From the NCBI GenBank assembly GCA_021772245.1, contig JAJFMH010000002.1, forward strand, positions 4,690 through 68,689: a stretch of 64,000 nt of DNA, read 5' to 3'. The stretch comes from Chlamydiota bacterium. Lineage in GTDB: Bacteria; Chlamydiota; Chlamydiia; Chlamydiales; Simkaniaceae. This document shows positions 17,333 to 27,046 of this stretch, one piece after another; position 1 is the first letter of the stretch, and every line of letters begins with the position of its first letter. Under the pieces are notes generated by a model, which searched no databases, had not been told where the DNA came from, and worked only from the letters and a program-made list of their open reading frames with translations. The translations under genes were made by a program, and so were the position numbers.

Positions 17333-19465
17333 ATGACAAAACCATATAAAAGACGCCCTCAAAAATCATTCGACTATTCTAAAAAAATAGTAACTCATTT
17401 CAAAAACAGTAAGCTCTCATCTATTTCTGTTCCAACTATTCTAAGGTCTATGAAAGTTCCTCCTCAGTCAAAAAATGCTTTCTTTAAAGCAGTTGACTTT
17501 CTAGTGAAAAAAAGGATCTTAAGTAAAAAAGGTGATATTCTTTTTTTCAAGACAAAAGAACTATCCTCGAATACAACTGTTGGCCTCATTCATGTAAACC
17601 AACGTGGTTTTGGGTTTGTAACACCTTCAGATGGCTCTTATGATGAAGATATTTTCATTCCAAGACATGTGATGAATAATGCATTTGATAAAGACACCGT
17701 TGAGATTCTGGTTTCTAAGTCTAGAAAACCCAATATGGGCCCAGAAGGATCTGTTCTTAGAATCATCAAAAGACATACAGCAAGGGTTGTTGGAATTATT
17801 ACCAAACAAGAGAAAAATGGTAAATATCAAGTATTTGCAATCACTCTCGGTAAAGAAAAACCAATAGTATTAGACGCCAAAGGAAAAACACTTCCTGTTG
17901 GAATGCGGGTAATAATGCAAATCGATGACTATGGAGATAGGAACAACCCTATTCAGACATCTCTACTTGGTGAAATTGGACATATTGATGACCCAAGATT
18001 CGATATTGAATCCGCTGTTTTAGATTATCAAATACTATCTACATTTTCTATGGATGTCACAAATGAAGCGAAATCATTTGGAACGAAAGTAAGTAAAAAG
18101 GACTGCGAAAACCGAATCGACTTTACCAAAACAGAAACTTTTACAATTGACCCAGAAACAGCTAGAGATTTCGATGACGCTCTCTCTTTGTCTAAAGATA
18201 AAAAAGGGCACTATCACCTTCTTGTACATATTGCTGATGTTACCAACTATGTTAAACCGGAATCACTCCTTGATAAAGAAGCAAAATTAAGGGGAAACTC
18301 TACCTATTTTGTAGGAAAATGTATTCCAATGCTTCCACACGAGCTCTCCAATGAACTTTGCAGCTTGAAAGAAAAAGTAATACGCTTAACTGTGACTGTT
18401 TCTATGGAGTTTGAACCAGACGGAACTCTTGTTAATTATAGAATCGATAAAGGCTTTATCAAATCGCAAAAAAGATATACCTACGAGCAAGCTAAAGAAA
18501 TTATAGATGGTACCACCAAAAGCAAGCATAAAAAAACCTTGGATATGATGGTGGAACTCTGTTTGCTACTCAAAGAAAAAAGAAGAGAGCGTGGCTCGAT
18601 TGATTTCTCTCTTCCGGATGTTGTGCTACTTGCTGATGAAAATGGCATGCCAACAGGCTCAAAAACAGTGGAATATGACATCTCTCACCAACTAGTTGAA
18701 GAGTTTATGCTCAAAGCCAATGAAATGGTTGCAACCCACTTTGTAAATGAAGATCGCCATAGTGTATTTCGTATTCATGAAACTGCAAATGATGAGAACT
18801 TGGAAGAATTTTATAACGCGGCGAGGTTTTTTGGATTTGCTGTTCCAGCAAAACCCACAACAAAAGATCTTCAAAATCTCTTTAATGAAGCAAAAAACTC
18901 CCCTCATTATCATATGCTCTCAATTGCTTATATTCGCAGCATGAAACTGGCCGCTTATTCCTATGAAAATGTGGGACATTTTGGTTTATCTCTCGAAAAT
19001 TATTGCCACTTTACAAGTCCTATTCGAAGATATAGTGACTTGATGGTTCATAGACTGCTTTTTGATATTGAAACAGCTGCAGGACTGAAAGAGATCTCAA
19101 AACACCTTTCTGAAACAGAACGGCGCTCTTTCAAAGCAGAGATGAATGTCTTAAAACTAAAAAAGCACCGACTTTTACTTACCTATTATTTAGACGATCC
19201 TGACAAAGAATACGAGGCCTTTATTACAAAGATAAAGCCCAATGGTATCTTTTTTGAAGTTGCATGTTGCATGCTTGAGGGATTTATCCCTCTTTCTCAA
19301 ATGAAAAATGATTACTATGAATATCACCCCAAAAGAAGTATGCTTGTTGGATCTTCCTCGGGAGAAATCTTTCGAAATGGAGATCCCCTTGTATTACAAT
19401 TATCCAATATGAATCTTGTATATCAAGAAACCAAATGGGAACTTTTAGAGCATAAGTCTCATTAA
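17333..19465 (+). CDS. rnr: Ribonuclease R (RNB family 3'-5' exoribonuclease)
   Basis: Cold-shock-like GFGFV, RNB motifs TIDPETARDFDDALS and HFGL..YCHFTSPIRRY.DL.VHR, and a C-terminal S1-like domain. The likely start is M38 of the track ORF (MTKPYKRR). Confidence 0.85.
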   Translation: MTKPYKRRPQKSFDYSKKIVTHFKNSKLSSISVPTILRSMKVPPQSKNAFFKAVDFLVKKRILSKKGDILFFKTKELSSNTTVGLIHVNQRGFGFVTPSDGSYDEDIFIPRHVMNNAFDKDTVEILVSKSRKPNMGPEGSVLRIIKRHTARVVGIITKQEKNGKYQVFAITLGKEKPIVLDAKGKTLPVGMRVIMQIDDYGDRNNPIQTSLLGEIGHIDDPRFDIESAVLDYQILSTFSMDVTNEAKSFGTKVSKKDCENRIDFTKTETFTIDPETARDFDDALSLSKDKKGHYHLLVHIADVTNYVKPESLLDKEAKLRGNSTYFVGKCIPMLPHELSNELCSLKEKVIRLTVTVSMEFEPDGTLVNYRIDKGFIKSQKRYTYEQAKEIIDGTTKSKHKKTLDMMVELCLLLKEKRRERGSIDFSLPDVVLLADENGMPTGSKTVEYDISHQLVEEFMLKANEMVATHFVNEDRHSVFRIHETANDENLEEFYNAARFFGFAVPAKPTTKDLQNLFNEAKNSPHYHMLSIAYIRSMKLAAYSYENVGHFGLSLENYCHFTSPIRRYSDLMVHRLLFDIETAAGLKEISKHLSETERRSFKAEMNVLKLKKHRLLLTYYLDDPDKEYEAFITKIKPNGIFFEVACCMLEGFIPLSQMKNDYYEYHPKRSMLVGSSSGEIFRNGDPLVLQLSNMNLVYQETKWELLEHKSH

Positions 19466-19550
19466 ACAACATTCAAAAATCTTTTTTGGACGGATAATTC
19501 TCTGTTTGGTATAAGCTGTTTTTTTCTATTAATATGTAGGATGTTACTTA

Positions 19551-20210
19551 ATGAAAAAGTATTTTATTACAGGGCTTGTTATTTTACTTCCCTTAGCTGT
19601 TACAATTGCCATTGTAATTTTCATCGTAAATTTTTTAACGCAACCATTTATTGGCTTCGTTTCGGAAATGCTCAGTCAATTAAGTATCGTCAATAAAGGC
19701 CTCTTATTTACACCTGAAAAAACACTTCTCTACCTATCTCAATTTCTGATCATTATTTGCCTGTTTCTTTTCACAATTAGTTTAGGCCTGATTGCCAGGT
19801 GGTTTTTCATTAAAGGTTTGCTCAACTTAAGTGATAAACTCCTACAAAAAATTCCAGTCGTGAATAAGGTGTACAAGACAACGCAAGAGATTATTAAAAC
19901 ACTTTTTGTTACCGACAAAAACACCTTTAAACAAGTAGTAATGGTTCCCTTTCCTAGAACAGACACCTACGTTGTAGGCCTTGTATCAAGGGCCTCTCCC
20001 CAGATTTGTTCCGACGCAGCCGGCGCTGATCTCATCTCTGTTCTAGTACCCACAACTCCCAATCCAACAACTGGATTTTTATTGATGTATCCGAAAGATC
20101 AACTTGTCTACCTTGATATGAAACCAGAACAAGCAATTAAATATATTGTATCCTGCGGTGTAATTACACCTGATGGACCACCACCTAAAGAAGATCCAAA
20201 AACATCATGA
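19551..20210 (+). CDS. DUF502-family membrane protein (copy 1)
   Basis: N-terminus GLVILLPLAVTI, IPVVNKVYKTTQEI and PTTPNPTTGFLLM are typical of DUF502. Confidence 0.7.
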   Translation: MKKYFITGLVILLPLAVTIAIVIFIVNFLTQPFIGFVSEMLSQLSIVNKGLLFTPEKTLLYLSQFLIIICLFLFTISLGLIARWFFIKGLLNLSDKLLQKIPVVNKVYKTTQEIIKTLFVTDKNTFKQVVMVPFPRTDTYVVGLVSRASPQICSDAAGADLISVLVPTTPNPTTGFLLMYPKDQLVYLDMKPEQAIKYIVSCGVITPDGPPPKEDPKTS

Positions 20211-20866
20211 AAAAGAACTTTTTTGCAGGGCTCATTATTTTTTTACCAATAGCCATTACAATTTGGTTATTTGTCTTCTTTCTTGACCTTTTTACAGCGC
20301 CATTTATAGGAATCATACACGAATCGGTTGGAAAACTAAGCCAAAACACTAAGCATCTCCAAGAACATAAAGGATTGCTCCTGTTTCTCTCTCGCATCTT
20401 AGTTGCGGTGCTGATGATGATTTTTATTGTCATTATTGGATTTCTAGCGCAAAGGTTTTTCTTCTCTTATCTGATTAAAACATTAGATAGACTTCTGAAT
20501 CGAATCCCGATTGTAAAAAGAATCTATCGCGTACTTGTCGACATTACAAAAGGCATTTTTTCTTCTAATAAAAAAAACTATTTCCAAGGATCTGCGCTTG
20601 TTCCATTCCCCCACGATAAAACAAGGGCCCTTGGCTTGGTCGCTGGAGATGCTCCTGCGGAAATTCTGCAACTTAAACAAAAGATGAAAAGCGTTTTTGT
20701 GCCAACAGCCCCGCATCCTGTATCTGGATTTTTACTTCTCTATCATGAAGACGACATCAAAAATTTAGATATCAAGACAGATGATTTATTTAAGTTTTTG
20801 ATCTCTTGTGGTATCTATGAGTTTGATCAAGAGAAAAATCCCTGGCATGATGACACAAAAAAATGA
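20207..20866 (+). CDS. DUF502-family membrane protein (copy 2, tandem paralog)
   Basis: Same length (219 aa) and the same motif order as copy 1 (GLIIFLPIAITI, IPIVKRIYRVLVDI, PTAPHPVSGFLLL). ATGA overlap with copy 1. Confidence 0.7.
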   Translation: MKKNFFAGLIIFLPIAITIWLFVFFLDLFTAPFIGIIHESVGKLSQNTKHLQEHKGLLLFLSRILVAVLMMIFIVIIGFLAQRFFFSYLIKTLDRLLNRIPIVKRIYRVLVDITKGIFSSNKKNYFQGSALVPFPHDKTRALGLVAGDAPAEILQLKQKMKSVFVPTAPHPVSGFLLLYHEDDIKNLDIKTDDLFKFLISCGIYEFDQEKNPWHDDTKK

Positions 20867-21278
20867 TAAGCACATAAAGTCGACTTTCTTTCAGGTAAAA
20901 TCTCTGCAAGAAAAGTTAGATCGAATTACTATTATTGCCAAAGAATATTTTGAAAAAAAATCGCATTTACTTATCAGGGTGCCAAACAAGGAAGCTCTCG
21001 AATATATCAATGAACTTTTGTGGAAGTACCCGCAAGATAGCTTCTTACCTCACGTTGTAAAAGACACCCCCTGCGATGATTTTATCACGATTTGCGAGAG
21101 TGATCGTAATCCAAACAAAGCATCTAGTATTTTTAATTTGACAAATGATGCCATCTCGAGCTCATCTTTTAATAAAATTTATGAGTTAGAGGACACCTCC
21201 TCCACACAAAAAAATATTTTAGCCCAAAAAAAGTATCGCCGCTATAAGGAAATGGGTTTTACTATCGTCTCTATCTAA
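20847..21278 (+). CDS. holC: DNA polymerase III chi subunit-like protein
   Basis: TFFQV...IAKEYFEKKSHLLIRVPNKEALEYINELLWKYPQDSFLPHVV fits the HolC pattern (..LW......FLPH). The start was chosen at the MMTQKN methionines overlapping the end of the upstream gene. Confidence 0.55.
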   Translation: MMTQKNDKHIKSTFFQVKSLQEKLDRITIIAKEYFEKKSHLLIRVPNKEALEYINELLWKYPQDSFLPHVVKDTPCDDFITICESDRNPNKASSIFNLTNDAISSSSFNKIYELEDTSSTQKNILAQKKYRRYKEMGFTIVSI

Positions 21279-21364
21279 AAACCTTCTTGAATAATTCACC
21301 TTTCTTGACTATACTTTATGCTTTAATACAGCAAAATCATGCTACATGCATTTAGGAGACTACA

Positions 21365-21523
21365 ATGGTCAGAATTAGTAAAAAGGATCGTTTAAAAAAG
21401 TGCCCAAGAAAACCAAAAGTTTCGATCAATAAGACTGGGTCTAAAAAAGATAATCTCCCCAAGGGATTTAAAGAACATGCAAATGCGATTTCTACAGAAA
21501 ACGTATTCATTCCTAAAATTTAA
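21365..21523 (+). CDS. Hypothetical small lysine-rich protein (52 aa)
   Basis: Not in the track (below 60 aa): MVRISKKDRLKKCPRKPKVSINKTGSKKDNLPKGFKEHANAISTENVFIPKI. A GGAG lies 7 nt upstream, and a candidate TTGAAT-17-TATACT promoter sits at 21287-21315. Confidence 0.4.
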   Translation: MVRISKKDRLKKCPRKPKVSINKTGSKKDNLPKGFKEHANAISTENVFIPKI

Positions 21524-21547
21524 AATTGATACTTAAAGGTTTATTTC

Positions 21548-21709
21548 ATGTCTAGGCATCCAAGTTACGGCAAATCAATCAAGTCAGCTAAAAAAAGAAA
21601 TGTTCTGAAGAGATACGAGAGAATTGATGTTCTTCGCTCTATGGGAAAATGGAAAGATGGAGAAGACAAAAAAGTCACAGGCCTTCCAAAAACTCTTACT
21701 TCCAAGTAG
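21548..21709 (+). CDS. PVC-type 'small basic protein' (53 aa)
   Basis: Not in the track: MSRHPSYGKSIKSAKKRNVLKRYERIDVLRSMGKWKDGEDKKVTGLPKTLTSK. The pattern RNVL.R.ERI..L...GKW......V.GLPK matches my recollection of the small basic protein family of Planctomycetes, Verrucomicrobia and Chlamydiae. Confidence 0.55.
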   Translation: MSRHPSYGKSIKSAKKRNVLKRYERIDVLRSMGKWKDGEDKKVTGLPKTLTSK

Positions 21710-21724
21710 CAACTCAGCTCTTCT

Positions 21725-22177
21725 ATGGATATAAATTGCAGCAATCAACAAGATGAATTCAACATCGATGCAAAACAAATAGAAGAGATTGGAAAAGTCA
21801 TTTTATCTCACTACAAAGTAAAAACGGATGAAATTTCTTTTTACTTTGTAGATGAGCAAACTATATCAGATCTTCACAAGCAGTTCTTTAACGATAACAG
21901 TGTTACAGACTGCATTACCTTTCCATTAGACCCCCCTAATACAAGCACTCCATCAAATCTTGGAGAAGTATTTGTGTGTCCTAAAACCGCTGAAAAATAC
22001 GCTGCAGCGAACCAACTAGATACATATCAAGAGATCACACTCTATGTCATCCATGGTATTTTACACCTTCTGGGATATGATGATATAGATCCATCTGATG
22101 AAAAAATCATGCGTGAGCAAGAACAGATATGCATGAAAATACTCAATGATGATAATCTTGCCCTCATTGGTTACTAA
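21725..22177 (+). CDS. ybeY: Endoribonuclease YbeY (rRNA maturation factor)
   Basis: Zinc-binding motif HGILHLLGYDD. Size (150 aa) and the position upstream of a corC-like gene are typical. Confidence 0.85.
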   Translation: MDINCSNQQDEFNIDAKQIEEIGKVILSHYKVKTDEISFYFVDEQTISDLHKQFFNDNSVTDCITFPLDPPNTSTPSNLGEVFVCPKTAEKYAAANQLDTYQEITLYVIHGILHLLGYDDIDPSDEKIMREQEQICMKILNDDNLALIGY

Positions 22178-22260
22178 ACAGTGGATTTTTTCTCATCTAA
22201 ATTTGCATTGCATATTTCTAAAAAAAGCATTATGAACACAGATTAAAAGCCTAAAATTAT

Positions 22261-23565
22261 ATGTCCTTTGATTCTATTTTCTTTCCTCTTCTATTTTTAA
22301 TCGGAGCTGTCTCACTTACTTGCATTACAAAATCATTCCAGTCTTTGGGAAGGGTTCGTACCAAGCGAGAATTTTATAGAAGACAAAAACATTTTTTTTA
22401 TTATTTTTTCATACGTAAAATTTTCCCAAAAGATGTATGGGGAAGTCTTTACTTTATTATTAGCTTCTCCAAGCAAATCTTACGTATTTTGTATGCAGCA
22501 ACAGCATTTTTAACCCTTATACATATTTTTGATAAGGCGTATGTAAGTTTTGGGCTTACGCTATATTGGGCATCTATTATTATCGCCATTCTAACCATAT
22601 TCGGACTGCTTATAGATTTCAGCTTTCGACTTCTAGCCTCATATAACCCCCTCTTCTTTTTAAAATACATTATGCCATTTGGATCGCTGTTTTTATGTCT
22701 TTTTTCCATACTGACTTTTCCGATGTTAAAGTTACAAAAACTGCTCTTTCCAAGTCAAAAAAATCTTAAATCTGATTCTCGGGTCAATGTTAAAGAGCGG
22801 ATTTTAGAATTTGTACATGAAACAGAACTTAGCAAGCACTTAGATCATCATGATCAAAAACTGATTACCTCGATTGCATCTTTTAGAGATCGGATAGCTA
22901 AAGAGGTAATGGTACCAAGAGTTGATATTTACTCATTATCAATTAATCAAACCGTACACAAAGCTGCAGAAAAGCTGATTACAGAGGGTTATAGCCGCAT
23001 ACCAGTATATAAAGACACAATAGATAACATCGTGGGGGTTTTGCTTTTAAAAGATGTTATGCACTACTACATTGAAGCTCATCGCAAAAACACGCCAACC
23101 CTACTTAATACTCCCCTTGAGACTCTCATTACACCTGTAATATACGCCCCAGAAACAAAAAAGATTTCTCATTTACTACAAGAGTTCAAAGTTAAAAAAA
23201 TTCACTTAGCAATTGTTGTTGATGAATATGGGGGTACAGAAGGAATTGTTACCATTGAGGATATATTAGAAGAGCTAGTTGGAGAAATTTCTGATGAATA
23301 TGATATTGATGAAGAAACGCTTTTTATTGAAGAAGCTGATAGTAAATATATCATCGATGCAAAAATGAATCTCTATGACATTGAAAATCAGATTGGAATA
23401 TCTATTCCTAAAAGCCCCGAATACGATACTCTTGGCGGCTTTATTTATCATAAAGCAGGAACTATCCCAAAAATTGGATGGAAACTGCTACAGGATACAT
23501 TTGAGTTAGAAGTAATACGATGTTCTAACCGAGCAATTGAAAAAATTCGAATTATCAAAAAGTAA
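22261..23565 (+). CDS. CorC/TlyC-type membrane protein (DUF21 + CBS pair + CorC_HlyC transporter-associated domain)
   Basis: N-terminal polytopic membrane region, a CBS pair (VMVPRVDI...; IHLAIVVDEYGGTEGIVTIEDILEELVGEI) and a C-terminal CorC domain. Confidence 0.8.
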   Translation: MSFDSIFFPLLFLIGAVSLTCITKSFQSLGRVRTKREFYRRQKHFFYYFFIRKIFPKDVWGSLYFIISFSKQILRILYAATAFLTLIHIFDKAYVSFGLTLYWASIIIAILTIFGLLIDFSFRLLASYNPLFFLKYIMPFGSLFLCLFSILTFPMLKLQKLLFPSQKNLKSDSRVNVKERILEFVHETELSKHLDHHDQKLITSIASFRDRIAKEVMVPRVDIYSLSINQTVHKAAEKLITEGYSRIPVYKDTIDNIVGVLLLKDVMHYYIEAHRKNTPTLLNTPLETLITPVIYAPETKKISHLLQEFKVKKIHLAIVVDEYGGTEGIVTIEDILEELVGEISDEYDIDEETLFIEEADSKYIIDAKMNLYDIENQIGISIPKSPEYDTLGGFIYHKAGTIPKIGWKLLQDTFELEVIRCSNRAIEKIRIIKK

Positions 23566-23566
23566 T

Positions 23567-23755
23567 TTATTTTTTCTTACACTTATTTCTGTTTTTACAA
23601 AGAGAGCATGAATCTTTTTTACTTCCTGGCAACTTGCCACACTTATTACAGGAAAACATTGTTTTACCTGTAATAAGCCTTCCTATACCAAGCCCGATCG
23701 CACAAAAAAATGCGATCAATATTGCTAAAATAAGCGTCACTAAGAAAGTATTCAT
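23567..23755 (-). CDS. Small single-TM protein with a C-terminal Cys cluster (62 aa)
   Basis: MNTFLVTLILAILIAFFCAIGLGIG (TM), then SCNKCGKLPGSKKDSCSLCKNRNKC. It starts 1 nt after the upstream 636-aa gene's stop, so the two are probably co-transcribed. It resembles the 'FeoB-associated Cys-rich' and NqrM-like classes of small membrane proteins, but the Cys spacing does not match either cleanly. Confidence 0.45.
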   Translation of the reverse strand: MNTFLVTLILAILIAFFCAIGLGIGRLITGKTMFSCNKCGKLPGSKKDSCSLCKNRNKCKKK

Positions 23756-23756
23756 T

Positions 23757-25667
23757 TTACTTAGAAGCTTTTATTTTTTTCTTAAGAGGCACTTGTGCTT
23801 TCATTTTCACAAAATCTATCCATATCGGAGTGGACCATGCAATATGACCATCCTTTTGAACAACCCTCAGATAATAAAAAATAAAGGGCGGTCTATCATC
23901 GGGTGACTTAATCACCAGCTGCTTCATATTTTCATCATCATCAAATGTAAATTCAAGCTCATCCCCCGAGCACTTAAAGGAGTGAAAAGCCTCACCGTTC
24001 CTAAAAAGAGTCGCCTCTTTTAAGTCAGAAACGCCAGCAACAAATCCAGTAATATGTCTGTTAAATACAAGACCTGGTTTCTCTCCCGTTGAAAGCTCAC
24101 TTCCCATTGGATGCTTTGCAATTTCAAATCCTAAAATAATTCTAGCGCCTGTTGTTGCAAAACATGCTTTTTTCTGAAGAGCTGTAAAAATTGCATCTCT
24201 TGTATGATTTTTTGAAAATACAGCTGTGATACCAGGAGAATATTGGAATTGATCAGCTTCTTTTAATCCTGAAAACACACCTCTGTTATCTACACCACCC
24301 GCTGTAAATCCAAATCTATGATTTTGTTTAAGAGCGCGTCGAATGGATCCGTCCTTATTTTCTTGCACTCCTTTTTTACCCTTCCCTTTGATTGGTCTGA
24401 GATTACCTTCTTTTTCAAGACACTCTGACGATCCCCATGCATTATAGATTTCAACCACAGGCTCATATTCAGCATCAAAATTCTTAAAGTCATACTTTAC
24501 ATTCGATCCCATTGTGAAACTTGGTATAGAAATAATTTCATTTGGCGTGTGGCTCTTATAGATCTTTTTTAATTGGTTTGACTTAGAATCTTTGAGTCTT
24601 AGTAGAGGTTTATTGTCTTTAGCATAGATAAAGGTTCTAAGACCTTCTGCTCCAACTTCTCCATTCCATTGGAAACCAAGAAAAGAAGAAAATCGATCTT
24701 CTTCATTAAACTCTGCAACAAAACTTGACACCTTCTTCCAAAGATCATTCGAAGTAACTTTTTCATCTTCTATTGGAGATACTCCAAAAAACTGCATTGC
24801 TTGATCATCTCGCATATATCGAAGAGATGACTCTATATCTTCAGTTGTATTGTACAACTTCGTTTCCCCATGAAATATACCCCAAAAAAGTGATTCTGGA
24901 TTACTCCCAAAACATTTAATCGGTGATGAAACAAATTCTTCTTTTGTATTTAAATTCTGGAGTTTTATTTTGTAAATTCCCTCTTCATTAAAATAAAGAT
25001 TCGGAAGTGTGATAAATCCAGTTTCTGGGACAAAAAGTTTCCAAGAGATATTTTCACGGAGTTTTTGATAACTAAGTTCGATCAGCGTTCCCTCTGGAGC
25101 ATTTCCTGTCAAATTTCCAAATTGATCTTCAAATCTAACTACAACATCAAATCTCTGGTTTTTATTAACTGAAGACGGTGCTAAGATTCGAATAGAAGAT
25201 AACTTCCCCCCTTTAATATCTACATAAAACTCCTCAATCTCTTTGCTCTCTTTTTTGCCTTTCGGTTCAATATGCAAGTAGAATGGCTTTCTTCTTTGTA
25301 CAAACTGCTGGGCACTATTACCGCCTTTTTCTTTACCAAATGCACCAACCATTATAGCTAAACTTTCACCAGATCCAACCTCTTGTGGAAGTAAAAATTC
25401 AAACATAGAACATTTTGGGTCTTTTGGATCAGAAGGCTTACCATTAAGAATTTTTCCATCTGATAATTCCATCCAAATAAAATTAGATTTTTTCTTTGAA
25501 CTAACTACTGGAATTTCCCAATCGATTTCTTCTCCATGACTTGCCAAATCAAACTTAAGGGTAGTTCCCTTAGAAAGAGAATTTTCAGAAGTATAAATAA
25601 ATTTCCAGTTTGACACCATTCCTGCAATTGCAGCCTTGGGCTCTGAGTAACAAATTGATCGTCGCAT
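23757..25667 (-). CDS. Conserved hypothetical protein, possibly a DUF3604/PHP-like fold with degenerate metal ligands
   Basis: 636-aa ORF. From memory, segments resemble DUF3604 blocks (FWGIFHGET vs WGDLHxHT; EIYNAWGSSE; GITAVFSKNHTRDAIFTALQKKACFATTGARIIL). The assignment is not verified. Confidence 0.35.
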   Translation of the reverse strand: MRRSICYSEPKAAIAGMVSNWKFIYTSENSLSKGTTLKFDLASHGEEIDWEIPVVSSKKKSNFIWMELSDGKILNGKPSDPKDPKCSMFEFLLPQEVGSGESLAIMVGAFGKEKGGNSAQQFVQRRKPFYLHIEPKGKKESKEIEEFYVDIKGGKLSSIRILAPSSVNKNQRFDVVVRFEDQFGNLTGNAPEGTLIELSYQKLRENISWKLFVPETGFITLPNLYFNEEGIYKIKLQNLNTKEEFVSSPIKCFGSNPESLFWGIFHGETKLYNTTEDIESSLRYMRDDQAMQFFGVSPIEDEKVTSNDLWKKVSSFVAEFNEEDRFSSFLGFQWNGEVGAEGLRTFIYAKDNKPLLRLKDSKSNQLKKIYKSHTPNEIISIPSFTMGSNVKYDFKNFDAEYEPVVEIYNAWGSSECLEKEGNLRPIKGKGKKGVQENKDGSIRRALKQNHRFGFTAGGVDNRGVFSGLKEADQFQYSPGITAVFSKNHTRDAIFTALQKKACFATTGARIILGFEIAKHPMGSELSTGEKPGLVFNRHITGFVAGVSDLKEATLFRNGEAFHSFKCSGDELEFTFDDDENMKQLVIKSPDDRPPFIFYYLRVVQKDGHIAWSTPIWIDFVKMKAQVPLKKKIKASK

Positions 25668-25775
25668 ATGAAATGAAACCTTTAAGAGATTTTAAATGAA
25701 GGAGTTATTTTGCAAAATCTTTCATTCTTTTGCAAGAACCATATGAGATATCATGCTACGTTTAGCATAAAAAAA

Positions 25776-25801
25776 AAGCCACCCAATTTCATAGATGGCT
25801 T
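25776..25801 (-). terminator. Intrinsic terminator of paralog A (AAGCCA-N14-TGGCTT, followed by a T-run on the minus strand)
   Basis: The hairpin lies 39 nt downstream of the stop at 25840. The A-run at 25768-25777 on the plus strand reads as a U-tract on the transcript. Confidence 0.55.
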
Positions 25802-25839
25802 CAAACAATTCAGAATAGAACTGTATATTTATAGGAAAA

Positions 25840-26754
25840 CTATTCTATTTCTCCCTCATTTTGATTGCTTGCGATTAATGCTTCGAGCTGAGCAACTTGT
25901 CGAGTATACGCCATTTCGCGTCTATCTCCAAATAATGTAGGAGTAATGTATCCCCTCGCATAACGTAGTAGGTCAGAGTCACCTTGCAAATATCCACGTA
26001 CGACATTGATTAAAATGTCTGTATTAGGGTTAATTGGGATTACTAATCTTATAAAATCTACAACATTTTGTATTTTTGAAGGCTCGTTTTCAGCTTCTGC
26101 ATTTGACAAACTCTCAATAGATGAATATTCCATTAGTAACGCTGTAAGTAATGGTGCTTGCGCAAATGGATCTTCAGCAAGTACTCTCGATCCAGCGTTT
26201 TCCCAACCAATTCTTTCATCTCCCTCAGGAATCGATGCAAACACAGCACCGTAAACAATATCTTTCATGTCTTCTGTAATATGCTCATTAAAATATCTTA
26301 TAATTGATGCAGCAAGGGTCCCTTTCTCATCTGCAGCTATACTAGTTACATCAATAGAACACATCTGACATATCACGTGAAGTTTCTCTCCACTCGATAG
26401 GTCACTACCTTCTGGTGTAGTAAATACAGCTAAAGTATTAAGCTGCTCACTTAAAGACGCGCCTGTCTCAGGACGAACTTCTGAACCCTCAGTTTCTTGA
26501 GCAAATAGATACCCACATGTGATAATATTAATTACATATTTAAATATACCTACAGGCCCATCCCAAAGCACATTTTTCACTGCACTTCCAAGTCTTGAAC
26601 AAAAGCTTGGCGCTTGGGACGAAGTAGCTGGCGATTCCGAATTCATAGAGCTTGCTGCAGACGGATTACTAGCTTGAGACGCCTGAGCACCAACTTCAGG
26701 ACCTGAAACACATGTAATATTTGATTCAGAACCTGCGGTGATCGGTGTAGTCAT
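25840..26754 (-). CDS. Hypothetical secreted-effector candidate, paralog A of a local three-member family
   Basis: 304 aa. Ser/Ala/Pro/Thr-rich N-terminus with no signal peptide, then FCSRLGSAVKNVLWDGPVGIFKYVINIITCGYLFAQETEGSE, which aligns with the WCGS..DKI.SFFTAIFHIITCNCFSQSEQTPPE module of paralogs B and C. AGGAGG RBS. Confidence 0.6.
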   Translation of the reverse strand: MTTPITAGSESNITCVSGPEVGAQASQASNPSAASSMNSESPATSSQAPSFCSRLGSAVKNVLWDGPVGIFKYVINIITCGYLFAQETEGSEVRPETGASLSEQLNTLAVFTTPEGSDLSSGEKLHVICQMCSIDVTSIAADEKGTLAASIIRYFNEHITEDMKDIVYGAVFASIPEGDERIGWENAGSRVLAEDPFAQAPLLTALLMEYSSIESLSNAEAENEPSKIQNVVDFIRLVIPINPNTDILINVVRGYLQGDSDLLRYARGYITPTLFGDRREMAYTRQVAQLEALIASNQNEGEIE

Positions 26755-27046
26755 AGAAAAACCTCCTAAAAACGACTATATTTTTGAAGAAAGTGTGTTA
26801 AAAGACACTCTCTTTTCATACATTAAATTCATATGCCTGAGCATAATATTAAAGGGCCTAATAAAAAAAAAGTTAAAAGAGGTTAATTATTTCGAGTCCA
26901 CTTTATTTTTTTTGTAATCATAGTCATAAAGAAACCCAAAAAAATTTCCTTACCAAAAAACTATAAATCCCGTATGTTTTTTTGAAAAAGAATTTTGATA
27001 AAACACTAACTCTATCAGATTCTAAGCGTCTTTTTCAGCAAAAAAA

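Noticed and set aside
23567-23755. Naming the 62-aa TM + Cys protein as NqrM or as the FeoB-associated Cys-rich protein
   Set aside because: The Cys spacing (C-x2-C-x11-C-x2-C-x5-C) does not match my recollection of either family. No nqr or feoB gene is adjacent, so the generic description was kept.
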